From an uncultured Christensenella sp. (GTDB lineage: Bacteria; Bacillota; Clostridia; Christensenellales; UBA1242), in assembly GCA_949300385.1 (NCBI GenBank), contig CASGDZ010000001.1, positions 6,152 to 70,151 on the forward strand: a stretch of DNA of 64,000 nt, given 5' to 3'. The translations under genes were made by a program, and so were the position numbers. The notes beneath the pieces were generated by a model that made no database searches, was not told where the DNA came from, and saw nothing but the letters and a program-made list of their open reading frames with translations. This document shows positions 40,147-50,067 of this stretch, one piece after another. How positions within the stretch are numbered: the first letter of the stretch is position 1; every line of letters begins with the position of its first letter.

Positions 40147-41271
40147 ATGGCAAATAACGATTATTATGCAACCTTAGGGGTGAGCAAGTCGGCGACTGAT
40201 GACGAGATTAAATCGGCATATAGAAGCCTTGCAAAAAAATATCATCCCGACCTTAATAAAACCCCTGAGGCGGCAGAAAAATTTAAAGAAATAAATGAAG
40301 CCTACTCTGTCTTAGGAGATAAGCAAAAGCGTGCTAACTATGATCAATATGGGAGTGCGGACGGCCCACAAAGTTTTGGCGGAGGTGGCCAAGGTTTTTC
40401 AGGCGGTTTTTCTAGCGATGGCTTTGGCGGATTTGAGGATATATTCAATATATTTTCAAATTTTGGCTCACGCTCAAATGCTCGAGCAAGGGAAGAAGGC
40501 GACGATGTAAATATCAACCTTGTAATATCTTTTACTGAGGCGGCTTTTGGTTGTGAAAAGGAAGTTACTGTCACACGAAAGGAGCGTTGTCCAGATTGCA
40601 ATGGCACTGGTGCAAAATCTAGTAGCGATTATGTAACATGTACTGAGTGTAATGGAACTGGTAGAATGACCTACACTCAACAGACTTTGTTTGGTATGAC
40701 GCGAACGGTTGGCACATGTAGAACATGTGGCGGTAAAGGTAAAATCGTTAAAAATAAATGTCCTAATTGCCATGGCACAGGACTTAAGACAACTACTAGC
40801 AAAATCAAGGTAAAGATCCCTGCAGGTATTGACAACGAACAAGTCATTCGCCTAAATGGAGAGGGTAACCAAACCGCTTCACCAGATGGAATCGCGGGAG
40901 ATTTGAGAATCGCAATAACTGTAACACCGCATTCATTGTTAGTCAGAAAAGGATTTGATCTATATGTAGATGTGTATGTCCCTATAACTACATTAATGCT
41001 AGGTGGCAAAGTTAAAGTTCCTACGTTAAAAGGTACTACTACGATCGATGTCGCACCACTTACACAATCTAATACAAAATACACTTTGAAAGGCAAAGGC
41101 GTAAAATACCTTAAATCAATTGGAAGTGGCAATTTGATCGTTACTTTAAAGGGTGAAATGCCTAAAGATATAGATAAAAACACAATAAAATTAATTAAAG
41201 AGTTAGAAAGTTCTATTAGTGAAAAATCTTATCCAAAAACTATTAATTATAACAATAAATTAGACAAATAA
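40147..41271 (+). CDS. dnaJ: Chaperone DnaJ
   Basis: HPD, G/F region, four CxxCxGxG repeats. Confidence 0.97.
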   Translation: MANNDYYATLGVSKSATDDEIKSAYRSLAKKYHPDLNKTPEAAEKFKEINEAYSVLGDKQKRANYDQYGSADGPQSFGGGGQGFSGGFSSDGFGGFEDIFNIFSNFGSRSNARAREEGDDVNINLVISFTEAAFGCEKEVTVTRKERCPDCNGTGAKSSSDYVTCTECNGTGRMTYTQQTLFGMTRTVGTCRTCGGKGKIVKNKCPNCHGTGLKTTTSKIKVKIPAGIDNEQVIRLNGEGNQTASPDGIAGDLRIAITVTPHSLLVRKGFDLYVDVYVPITTLMLGGKVKVPTLKGTTTIDVAPLTQSNTKYTLKGKGVKYLKSIGSGNLIVTLKGEMPKDIDKNTIKLIKELESSISEKSYPKTINYNNKLDK

Positions 41272-41297
41272 AATGGCAGATATTTCTGCCATTTTTT
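41271..41297 (+). terminator. Terminator of the dnaK operon
   Basis: AAATGGCAGA-TATT-TCTGCCATTTTTT. Confidence 0.8.
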
Positions 41298-41603
41298 GTA
41301 TAAAGTAATATCTATACATATAAAAACAAAAAATAGTTTTAAATATGGTAAACTAAATAAAACATTGGCATATGAAAGATAAGATAGCAACGGCTACTTA
41401 AATTTTAAAAGAATGATTTATTATTTACTATTTTCCTATATAATAGACACTCTTTTTAAACAATAATTTTATTAACGGAGATAATATCTTAGGCATTTTA
41501 AAACAATATATTTTCATATTACATTATACTATTATTTAATAAATTTTGTTATTATGCTTACAATTACATTTATAAATTAAATAATTTAGCACAAAAAAAG
41601 AGA

Positions 41604-41789
41604 CTATTTAGTCTCTTTTTTCATAGTTTTTAAACATTTAGCGCAAATATTTTTCTTACCTTTCTTTCCGTCTAATTCAACATTAACTTTTTGTATATTA
41701 GGATCGAAAGTAGTTTTAGTATGGCGCATGCTGTGACTAACATTGTTTCCTGATGTGCGACCTTTACCGCAAATTTCACAAACTTTCAT
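41604..41789 (-). CDS. rpmB: 50S ribosomal protein L28
   Basis: CEICGK...GNNVSHS...PNIQ...CAKCLK. Confidence 0.95.
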   Translation of the reverse strand: MKVCEICGKGRTSGNNVSHSMRHTKTTFDPNIQKVNVELDGKKGKKNICAKCLKTMKKETK

Positions 41790-42068
41790 GATTTTACCTC
41801 CGTTAAAATTTCAATTGCTTGTAAATAATATCATAAATTTAAAGAAAATGCAAGTATTTTATTAAAATTTACTAAATCATATATTAAACTAAGACAAATA
41901 ACATACAATACCAATATCGAACCTTTGTCTAAGTAAAATATTTTCATATAAAATAAAAGTTTGTCATTTTTTATATTTTAAACGCTAAATATGAGAAATT
42001 TTAGCAAACTATCAAAAAAACATTTGCTAAAATATAATTTATGTTATATAATAACATAGGAGAGTGAA

Positions 42069-42416
42069 ATGAACTTAACCACTTTTAACTCATTTGGGAA
42101 GATAAGCATCAGCAAGCGCGCTATCAGCAAGGTCGCTGCTGTTTCTGTTATGGAGTGTGTGGGGGTTGTTGGTTTGGTATCACAACGCAGTTTTTTTAAA
42201 GGCAATGCACTAACCACAGCACATAAAGGGGTCGTTGTCACTAACCTAGAAAATGATAGTATGAAGATAGATGTCTATGTGATAATGCGTCACTGCGGTG
42301 TTTCAGCGTCTGCTGTTGCCGAATCTATCAGACAAAGCGTGAAATATTCAGTTGAGCGCTTTGCTGGAATGATAGTTAAAGATGTGACTGTACATATCGT
42401 AGACGTGAAGATATAG
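42069..42416 (+). CDS. Asp23/Gls24 family protein (YloU-like)
   Basis: Sequence pattern and conserved position between rpmB and the DAK2 gene. Confidence 0.88.
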   Translation: MNLTTFNSFGKISISKRAISKVAAVSVMECVGVVGLVSQRSFFKGNALTTAHKGVVVTNLENDSMKIDVYVIMRHCGVSASAVAESIRQSVKYSVERFAGMIVKDVTVHIVDVKI

Positions 42417-42430
42417 GAGTTTAATTTAAT

Positions 42431-44065
42431 ATGATAAAAACAATTAACGGATCTGCGTTGAGGAAGATGTTTTCTAACGCGTTCTCATTGGTTGAAGAGA
42501 ATAAAAAGACTATTGATGCACTAAATGTTTTTCCTGTGCCGGATGGAGATACTGGTACAAATATGAGCCTAACCTTAAAAAGTGCGACTAGCGAAATGAA
42601 TGCTTGTGAGAGCAATACAATTGAATCTATTTGTATAGCATTTAATCGTGGAGCATTGAAGGGTGCAAGAGGCAATAGCGGGGTTATTACATCTCAAATC
42701 ATTAAAGGTATTTGTACTTGTTTAATGAATTGTCAAACAGAGATAACTATCAAAGATTTTGCTAAGGCTATTCAGAATGGTGCTGAGATGGCATATAAAG
42801 CCGTTACTGTGCCGAAAGAAGGAACAATACTTACTGTTATCAAAGCTATGGCGGACAAGTCTAAACAAGCAGCGAAATCTGCCAAGACCTTTGAAGATTT
42901 TTTGAATGAAATCATTACTCATGGCGAAGCGACTTTACAAATGACACCTGATATGTTGCCAGTTTTGAAGAAAGCAGGAGTTGTTGACGCTGGTGGTCGT
43001 GGTCTTATCTTCATTTTTAGCGGTTTTTATAAGGCTTTAACTGGTGAAATGACCGAGGTTGCTTTTATCGATAATGTAGAGAAAGATATCACGAGCGAGG
43101 ATTTACATGTAAATTATGAATCGCTTGCAGATATAAAATATGCATATTGTACAGAATTCTTTGTAATAAACATTTACGAAAAGACGACTGACGCGGATAT
43201 TAACACCTTGCGCTCAAGACTTATGGAGATAGGTGATTGTGTGCTTTGTATAGGTGATTTGCAATTAATTAAGGTGCATGTACATACTAATGAACCAAAT
43301 CGTGCGCTTGGCTATGCATTGCAATTAGGCGAACTTAATGGCGTTAAAATTGAAAATATGTTAGAGCAAAATCGTCAATTAAGGAAACAAAAAGAGAAAG
43401 AACCTGAAAAAGAATTCGGAATGATAGCAGTTGCAGCGGGAGATGGTCTTAGCAGTGTCTTTAAAGATATTGATGTAGATTATATTATAAGCGGTGGTCA
43501 AACAATGAATCCAAGCGCTAATGATATAGCCACTGCTGCTGATAAAGTTAATGCAAAGAATATATTTGTATTCCCAAATAACAAAAATATTGTTATGTCT
43601 GCTGAGCAAGCTAATGATATAACGGATAAAAATTTAATCGTTATTCCTACTAGAAGCGTACCAGAGGGTATAAGCGCTGTATTAGCATTCGATTCTACAG
43701 CCTCTCTTGATGAAAATAAACAAAACATGATGGATATGATTTGTAATGTAAAGTCAGGTTCAGTTACTTATGCTGTAAGGACAACAAATGTAGACGGAAT
43801 TGATGTTAAAGTCGGCGACATTATGGGACTAGATGAACATTCAGTTTTGACAACAGGCAAAGAAGTTTGTGATACTACAATTGAGTTGATAGAAAAATTA
43901 ATTTCAAATGATAGTAGCAATATTACACTTTTCTATGGCGAAGGAGTCACAGAGGAAGATAGTGCTAAACTTCAATCAAAACTTGAAGAGCGTTTCCCTG
44001 ATATTGATATTTCGATGGTATATGGAGGTCAACCTGTATACTATTATATAGTTTCAGTTGAGTAA
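42431..44065 (+). CDS. fakA: DAK2-domain fatty acid kinase subunit A (YloV)
   Basis: LNVFPVPDGDTGTNM, GARGNSGVI and GGQTMNPS motifs. Confidence 0.92.
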   Translation: MIKTINGSALRKMFSNAFSLVEENKKTIDALNVFPVPDGDTGTNMSLTLKSATSEMNACESNTIESICIAFNRGALKGARGNSGVITSQIIKGICTCLMNCQTEITIKDFAKAIQNGAEMAYKAVTVPKEGTILTVIKAMADKSKQAAKSAKTFEDFLNEIITHGEATLQMTPDMLPVLKKAGVVDAGGRGLIFIFSGFYKALTGEMTEVAFIDNVEKDITSEDLHVNYESLADIKYAYCTEFFVINIYEKTTDADINTLRSRLMEIGDCVLCIGDLQLIKVHVHTNEPNRALGYALQLGELNGVKIENMLEQNRQLRKQKEKEPEKEFGMIAVAAGDGLSSVFKDIDVDYIISGGQTMNPSANDIATAADKVNAKNIFVFPNNKNIVMSAEQANDITDKNLIVIPTRSVPEGISAVLAFDSTASLDENKQNMMDMICNVKSGSVTYAVRTTNVDGIDVKVGDIMGLDEHSVLTTGKEVCDTTIELIEKLISNDSSNITLFYGEGVTEEDSAKLQSKLEERFPDIDISMVYGGQPVYYYIVSVE

Positions 44066-44080
44066 TCGTATTATTATAAA

Positions 44081-44113
44081 AATAAAGCACACTATAAAAG
44101 TGTGCTTTATTTT
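44081..44113 (+). terminator. Intrinsic terminator
   Basis: AATAAAGCACAC-loop-GTGTGCTTTATTTT. Confidence 0.8.
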
Positions 44114-44254
44114 GTGTGTTATGTATTTGTAATACGCTATATGTTGATATTAATAATATAATTTAATAACATAAAAATTGTTTATATCATGAATTAAAAT
44201 GAAAAAATTTCACATAATAATTGTGTAGTTATAATCTACATAAAAGGAGATATT

Positions 44255-44506
44255 ATGTTTGGAAGAAAGAACAAAGCATCTAGCGTAAGTACAAAAAACT
44301 GCTCTAACTCATATGATTCTCAGTCTATGACAAACGAGTCAACTAAATCATGTGGAGGTAAATGTACTTCAAACTCAACTAGTACAAAGGCATGCAATTC
44401 TACAAAAAATTGTGGCTCTAAAAATGAGAGTGCAAAGTCTGCGTCTGTTAAGTCTAGTTCAGCAAAAGGATGCGGAGCGTGTGCGAACACTAAGTCATCT
44501 AAATAA
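44255..44506 (+). CDS. Small Ser/Lys/Cys-rich protein
   Basis: AAGGAG RBS, its own terminator at about 44517-44548, repeated STKxC motif. Confidence 0.7.
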   Translation: MFGRKNKASSVSTKNCSNSYDSQSMTNESTKSCGGKCTSNSTSTKACNSTKNCGSKNESAKSASVKSSSAKGCGACANTKSSK

Positions 44507-44973
44507 AATAATCCGTATAAAAAATCTCAGATAAACTGAGATTTTTTATGTAATCAATTAAATAAAACTTTATTAATGTAAAATTAAGAATTTTTATATA
44601 AAATATAATGCTTTTAAAATTTATATTTATAATATTATTCTTGCCAACTTGAAAGATAAATAGAGTAAACATATAAAAATTTTTTATTTTATAACTAAAA
44701 ATATAAATAAAAATTAATAGATAATAAGACAATAATATATACTAATAAAATTCATTATAGAGATTTAACAGAATTAAAAAGATACAATAGACTTCGAGAT
44801 ATAATTGTTATTATAAGATAAAATGCTTACAACAATTAATATGTTAGTCAATATAAATATTAAAATGTTTTATAAAAATTGTACACAAATTGTACACAAT
44901 AAAAAAAATGACCCAAAATAACTATACAAAATATAGTGTTTAAGTCATTTGTTTACTACAAAATGTAGTATTA

Positions 44974-45048
44974 TGGAGCGGAAGACGAGATTCGAACTCG
45001 CGACATTTGCCTTGGCAAGGCAACGCTCTACCACTGAGCCACTCCCGC
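44974..45048 (-). tRNA. tRNA-Gly(GCC)
   Basis: Cloverleaf, loop TTGCCAA, CCA end. Confidence 0.95.
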
Positions 45049-45116
45049 AAATTTTAATGAATAATATAATATATTCATTTTTTCATTATCCTGTTATAAA
45101 GCAAAATGCAATCTAG

Positions 45117-45192
45117 TGGTGGGAGATATAGGACTCGAACCTATGACCCTCTGCTTGTAAGGCAGGTACTCTACCAACTGCGCTAATCTCCC
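45117..45192 (-). tRNA. tRNA-Val(TAC)
   Basis: Cloverleaf, loop CTTACAA, CCA end. Confidence 0.95.
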
Positions 45193-45332
45193 ATACGCGA
45201 TTGCACTATAAATATATCATATTATGAAAATTATGTCAACAATTTTTTTATAGATTTTAAAAAATATTTTTAATGTTTAAAAATGCGAATGAATGATGAT
45301 AAGAAAAAATGAACAAAAATTTGTTCATTCTC

Positions 45333-45420
45333 TGGTGCCGGTGGTCGGGGTCGAACCGACACGTCCTTTTACGGACCCAGGATTTTAAGTCCTGTGCGTC
45401 TGCCATTTCGCCACACCGGC
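45333..45420 (-). tRNA. tRNA-Leu(TAA)
   Basis: Cloverleaf with long variable arm, loop CTTAAAA, CCA end. Confidence 0.95.
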
Positions 45421-45452
45421 AAATTAAGATAGTTAAAATTTATACAATATAA

Positions 45453-45608
45453 GTCGTAGTGCTAAAGGCGCACAGGACGGGGACCCCGCAAATATTTATA
45501 TTTGAAGGGGAAGAGGAGTAATCTTACTATAAATATTATTGCGAGTGTGGCGAGCAATATATAAAGATTGCTGATTACGACGAGCGTCTGCCATTTCGCC
45601 ACACCGGC
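45453..45608 (-). repeat. tRNA-associated element, family B, at tRNA-Leu(TAA)
   Basis: 25-bp exact copy of the tRNA 5' end (45584-45608), core TCCTCTTCCCC-hairpin-GGGGTCCCC, then GTCCTGTGCG (45469-45478), the reverse complement of tRNA CGCACAGGAC. Confidence 0.85.
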
Positions 45609-45613
45609 ATAAT

Positions 45614-45688
45614 TGGAGGCACCAACCAGATTTGAACTGGTGAATAAAGGTTTTGCAGACCTTTGCCTTACCACTTGGCGATGGTGCC
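45614..45688 (-). tRNA. tRNA-Cys(GCA)
   Basis: Cloverleaf, loop CTGCAAA, CCA end. Confidence 0.95.
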
Positions 45689-46066
45689 ATATTGCGCAAC
45701 ATATTATGTTGTTTAACAATTGAGTTTTATGGTAGACATATTGCAAAACTTTACAAAAATGCCTTATATGTTAAAACTCTATTATTATATATGAAAATTT
45801 TAAAAATTGCAACATATTTTTACTATTTTTTTTAATTTTATTTTTTTATGATACAAATATATTATATTTTCATTAATACAAGTAAATTTAATATATATTG
45901 ATTAATATAATTTTAAGTTTATAAATAATGACATATAGATAAATATAAAACTCAAAACTAATTATTAAACTTATTTTACTATTTAAAGAAATGTTAAACG
46001 CAATTGGAAATAAAAGGAAATATACTGCTTTATTTAATAAGATAAAAAAATACCTAAATAGGCATT

Positions 46067-46756
46067 TTATTCAAAACATTCTTCTAGTGACATATATGCT
46101 GGTTTTGTTTTTTTGTTAATTCTTGAAAAATAATCAAGTGCAATCATTAATGAATAAACTAATTTTTTGTCATTTTGTTCGCTCGCTAAATATAGAGAGT
46201 TGAGTAACATTGTAAATTCTTCTTTTTCATTCATCTTTAATTTATAATTGTCTATGTTTCTCGCAATTAACTTAACAGTTGTCATAATCTTATTGTAGTA
46301 ATTTTTCTGATAATCATCTGTTTCAACAATTATGTGTCGTTTTGAATATATAGAATTTATGGCTTGTTTAAATGGTATTATTATTGCATTAGCAAAATTA
46401 TAAAATTCTTTACCCGGCAAGTCACTATCAACTTTGTAAAATTGAGATATAAAATCGTAAAAATTGATATCTTTATTATCTAATTTATAGAGCAGAGAGA
46501 AGGCAAACGCAATAATTTCCTTTTCATTTGTTGGAACATCTAAAACATAACCATTGCCCTTTGAGTGAATGGAATGAGTAAACTTGTCATTAAAATCGTA
46601 TGATTCTAAGCATGAAGACACTATATCTTTTAATTTTTCATCTTCAGCAATTATTCTTAGTATAGAAGCAATCTTTATATCCGCTAAAATATATTTGCCT
46701 GATATGAACTCGTCACATGCGTTATTAAAAGGAATTAATTCTGCAATTTGTGCCAT
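46067..46756 (-). CDS. Hypothetical protein
   Basis: 229 aa ORF with GAGGAG RBS. Confidence 0.75.
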   Translation of the reverse strand: MAQIAELIPFNNACDEFISGKYILADIKIASILRIIAEDEKLKDIVSSCLESYDFNDKFTHSIHSKGNGYVLDVPTNEKEIIAFAFSLLYKLDNKDINFYDFISQFYKVDSDLPGKEFYNFANAIIIPFKQAINSIYSKRHIIVETDDYQKNYYNKIMTTVKLIARNIDNYKLKMNEKEEFTMLLNSLYLASEQNDKKLVYSLMIALDYFSRINKKTKPAYMSLEECFE

Positions 46757-46899
46757 AAATACTCCTCATATTAAAAAAAATATACTAAAAATATTATATC
46801 AAATAAAAATTTTATTCGCAAGTCTTTTTATACCTTTTAAAAAACTTGTAATTTTGTCGAAATTGATATATAATTATACGGAGTAAGAGGGAAAGATTT

Positions 46900-47436
46900 A
46901 TGGATTTTGTACCGGATAACACTATTAACAAGTTAATTCTTTTGTATGTATTGGATAAGATGGAAATACCATTGACGGAAAATTCAATTTTGGAAATATG
47001 TTCAAGTCAAAATAATTGGGTCAACTGGATGGATTGTAAGGATTTGTTATCTCAATTGCTTTCATCAAAATTTGTTTATAAGCCAAACACAGACAACAAT
47101 GAAAATCGTTACAATATAACGGTTGCTGGGAGAGAGTGCTTAAGTCAATTTTATACCCGCATTCCTGCAAGTTTGCGTGAGCAAATAGCGACTTTTGCGC
47201 AAGATAACAAAATGCAATTTAAGCGAAATCAAGAATATGTAGCCAAATCGTACAAAAATGAAGATGGCAGTTATACGGTTGAATTAAATATACTTGAACC
47301 ACTTACAACAGAATCTATATTTTCGTTATCCATAAAATCAGACACACGCCATAATGCAACAATAGCATGTAAAAGGTGGAGAGAGCTTGCAGCAAATATA
47401 TATGAATATGTTTATAGCAAAATCATTGATAATTAG
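46900..47436 (+). CDS. DUF4364 family protein
   Basis: NKLILLYVLDKM..PLT...Y.IT..GRE.L pattern typical of clostridial DUF4364. Confidence 0.8.
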   Translation: MDFVPDNTINKLILLYVLDKMEIPLTENSILEICSSQNNWVNWMDCKDLLSQLLSSKFVYKPNTDNNENRYNITVAGRECLSQFYTRIPASLREQIATFAQDNKMQFKRNQEYVAKSYKNEDGSYTVELNILEPLTTESIFSLSIKSDTRHNATIACKRWRELAANIYEYVYSKIIDN

Positions 47437-47595
47437 ATTAAAATTTTAATATACTAAATCTTATGATACAATATAAATAATAAATAAATGAATATAAATA
47501 TATTTGAAACTAATTAAATAAACATAAAAGGAACTTTACAGATAGTAAAGTTCCTTTTTTATAACTTTTATTAGATATATATAATAAAAGTATTT

Positions 47596-48144
47596 TTAAT
47601 ATATACTATTAAATTCTTGAACTGATTTTACTGTATTTATTTCATTGCTGATGTGATATACGCAATTAAAACCAGTAAGCGATATTACAAATAAAATCGG
47701 TAAATAATATGATACATTAGAGTAGTATATTATTTCTAAAACGAACATAGTGATTCCACACGACAAAACAGCAATCATCGCGATAACTATAATAAAGTTT
47801 ATGATATAATAAAGCTTAGCAAAACTATTTTTTTCAATACCGAATACGGGGGTCAATGGTCGGATTGCTTTTCCTCTTTGTCTAATTTGATTAAGAATTT
47901 TTACATCTCTAACCGCAAACAATAGTGAGATTAGTCCCATTATTAAACTAAATACCATTACAAAGATTGTTGAACCAATTGTTAGAGCGGTAATCTCTTG
48001 CTCATTTGCGAACATGAAGAAACACATAATCGTCTGCCAAAAAAATACAATAAAGAAGAGTACAGAGAATAAGACTCTAACGGAAGTATCTTTCCTTAAA
48101 GTAGGCACATCTTTGTAATGATATTCAAATTTTTTAGTTAGCAT
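47596..48144 (-). CDS. Hypothetical membrane protein
   Basis: Four hydrophobic segments and a GAGG RBS. Confidence 0.75.
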   Translation of the reverse strand: MLTKKFEYHYKDVPTLRKDTSVRVLFSVLFFIVFFWQTIMCFFMFANEQEITALTIGSTIFVMVFSLIMGLISLLFAVRDVKILNQIRQRGKAIRPLTPVFGIEKNSFAKLYYIINFIIVIAMIAVLSCGITMFVLEIIYYSNVSYYLPILFVISLTGFNCVYHISNEINTVKSVQEFNSIY

Positions 48145-48213
48145 AAATTACCTCGTTAATATTTTACCTAATAGTCTAGCAAAAAGTCAAATATTTTAGT
48201 GAAAATAATAAAT

Positions 48214-49206
48214 TTATAAAAATAATGAACTCAATATTATAGCAATTATTAAAGTAAGTATAGATTGCGTAAACTTTTGTTTAAACATGTTTTTTATGGG
48301 CAGATTAAGTTTATTTAAAAACGATATTGATTGCATCATTACGCTTATTCCACCAAAAGAGATTAGTGCACTTGATATAATTGTCATAATTTGAATTGAG
48401 CAATTTGTATGTGATAATTCTAAAATACCCCTTGTCATTTCAAAACAACCTATTATAGTTGATTGCACAATATCATGACTATTATTCAAATTAAATACCC
48501 AACATATAGTATTAGTTACAAATTCAAATATTTTAATATTTTTTAGTATGTCAATAAGTAGAAAACTAAGTACAATATATGCCCCAACCATAAGTATTGA
48601 GATAAGAGAATCATACACAGAATCGGATAAGATATTAGTATTTTTTCTTTCAACAAATTTTGGAGTATATATGTTATTATTTGATTTTCCTCTATATAAA
48701 AGACCATTTAATAGACTACCAATGATATTTGAGATTAGTATAATAATCCCAGCGAAATAATTTTTTAGGAAAGCAACTCCAACTGTTCCAACAATAAACA
48801 TCGGTCCGCTTACTGAACAAAACGAAAGCATTCTATTCGCGTCCGTTCTATCTATTGCGTCTGTATCAAATAAAGTGCAAATCAATTTCGCACCCATTGG
48901 ATATCCAGACAATATGGATAAAAAATAGATAAAGAAACTCGGCGATGGGGTATGATATGCTTTACTAAAAAACTTGTCCATACGATTAGGTTTTAGACTA
49001 ATTAAATTCACAATCAATCTAGTGAAGATAAAGAAAGGGAACATGACAGGTAAGACATTAAGCACCCAAACGGATATAGCGTTCAAACATGATGACGCAT
49101 AAAAGCTGGGATTAGTTATAAATATTACACAAATTGATAATAATAAAAAAATAGTTATAATGCGACTAAGACTTGTTTTTTTATTTGCTTTATTGCGATT
49201 AATCAT
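48214..49206 (-). CDS. ylbJ: Sporulation integral membrane protein YlbJ
   Basis: VLP.MFPFFI, SGYPMGAK, GPMFIVGTVG, FEMTRG and FGGISV motifs. Confidence 0.88.
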   Translation of the reverse strand: MINRNKANKKTSLSRIITIFLLLSICVIFITNPSFYASSCLNAISVWVLNVLPVMFPFFIFTRLIVNLISLKPNRMDKFFSKAYHTPSPSFFIYFLSILSGYPMGAKLICTLFDTDAIDRTDANRMLSFCSVSGPMFIVGTVGVAFLKNYFAGIIILISNIIGSLLNGLLYRGKSNNNIYTPKFVERKNTNILSDSVYDSLISILMVGAYIVLSFLLIDILKNIKIFEFVTNTICWVFNLNNSHDIVQSTIIGCFEMTRGILELSHTNCSIQIMTIISSALISFGGISVMMQSISFLNKLNLPIKNMFKQKFTQSILTLIIAIILSSLFL

Positions 49207-49236
49207 ATATAATTATATTAAATATTGAGGGTTATT

Positions 49237-50067
49237 ATGAGGAATAAAAAATTTGTATTAGTTTTAGGTGGAGGTGCATCTAAGGGCTATGCGCATATTG
49301 GCGTTCTTCGTGTTTTAGAGTCACAAGGAATAATTCCTGACCTTATTGTTGGGACATCAATGGGTGCGCTTGTCGGTGGTTTGTATGCAGTAGGCAAGAC
49401 TGTAGATGAATTGGAAAAATTGGCGCTAAATTTTAATTATTTAGGAACTTTTAGTCTTATCAATATGATTTTTAAAGACAACATATTAGACACTAGTCGA
49501 GTAAAAAAGATTATCAAACGCGAAGTAGGTGAAAAGACTTTCGAAGAGACTAAAATTAAATTTATAGCAGTTGCTACTGAAATTGATACTGGTAAAGAAA
49601 AACATTTTGATAGTGGGCCGTTGATTGATGGTATAACAGCGAGCATATCAGTACCTGGACTATTTGCGCGTGTCAAAATAGGCGAACACTATTATGTAGA
49701 CGGCGGATTATTAAACAACTTGCCTGAAGATGTTGCGCGCGAGATAATGCCAGATGCGGTTATTGTATCATTAGATCCAATAGGCGAGTACACTAAACAA
49801 CTTGACCGCTCACGAAACAAGACAATGCAATCGCTAATTAATTCAATCACGCTTATGACGCAAAAAATTGTTGAAGCTAAACCTGTTAATGCTGATTTAA
49901 GAATATTGTTAACACAACCGCATGTCAGTCAAACGGACTTTACGAAGCAAACGGCAATCAAATCAATTAAGCGAGGAGAAAGAGTTGCAAAAACATATTT
50001 GCCACAAATAAAAAAATTACTGAGGATAAAAGATGAAAATAATAAAAGAACTAAAAAGACGGGCTAA
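49237..50067 (+). CDS. Patatin-like phospholipase
   Basis: GGGASKG, GTSMG and DGG motifs. Confidence 0.92.
   Translation: MRNKKFVLVLGGGASKGYAHIGVLRVLESQGIIPDLIVGTSMGALVGGLYAVGKTVDELEKLALNFNYLGTFSLINMIFKDNILDTSRVKKIIKREVGEKTFEETKIKFIAVATEIDTGKEKHFDSGPLIDGITASISVPGLFARVKIGEHYYVDGGLLNNLPEDVAREIMPDAVIVSLDPIGEYTKQLDRSRNKTMQSLINSITLMTQKIVEAKPVNADLRILLTQPHVSQTDFTKQTAIKSIKRGERVAKTYLPQIKKLLRIKDENNKRTKKTG

Noticed and set aside
42001-42030. CIRCE-like inverted repeat TTAGCAAA...TTTGCTAA upstream of the Asp23 gene
   Set aside because: The spacer is 12 rather than 9 nt and the inner CTC/GAG bases do not match.
45462-45835. ORFs 45462-45746, 45496-45702 and 45653-45835
   Set aside because: They overlap tRNA-Cys and the tRNA-Leu element.
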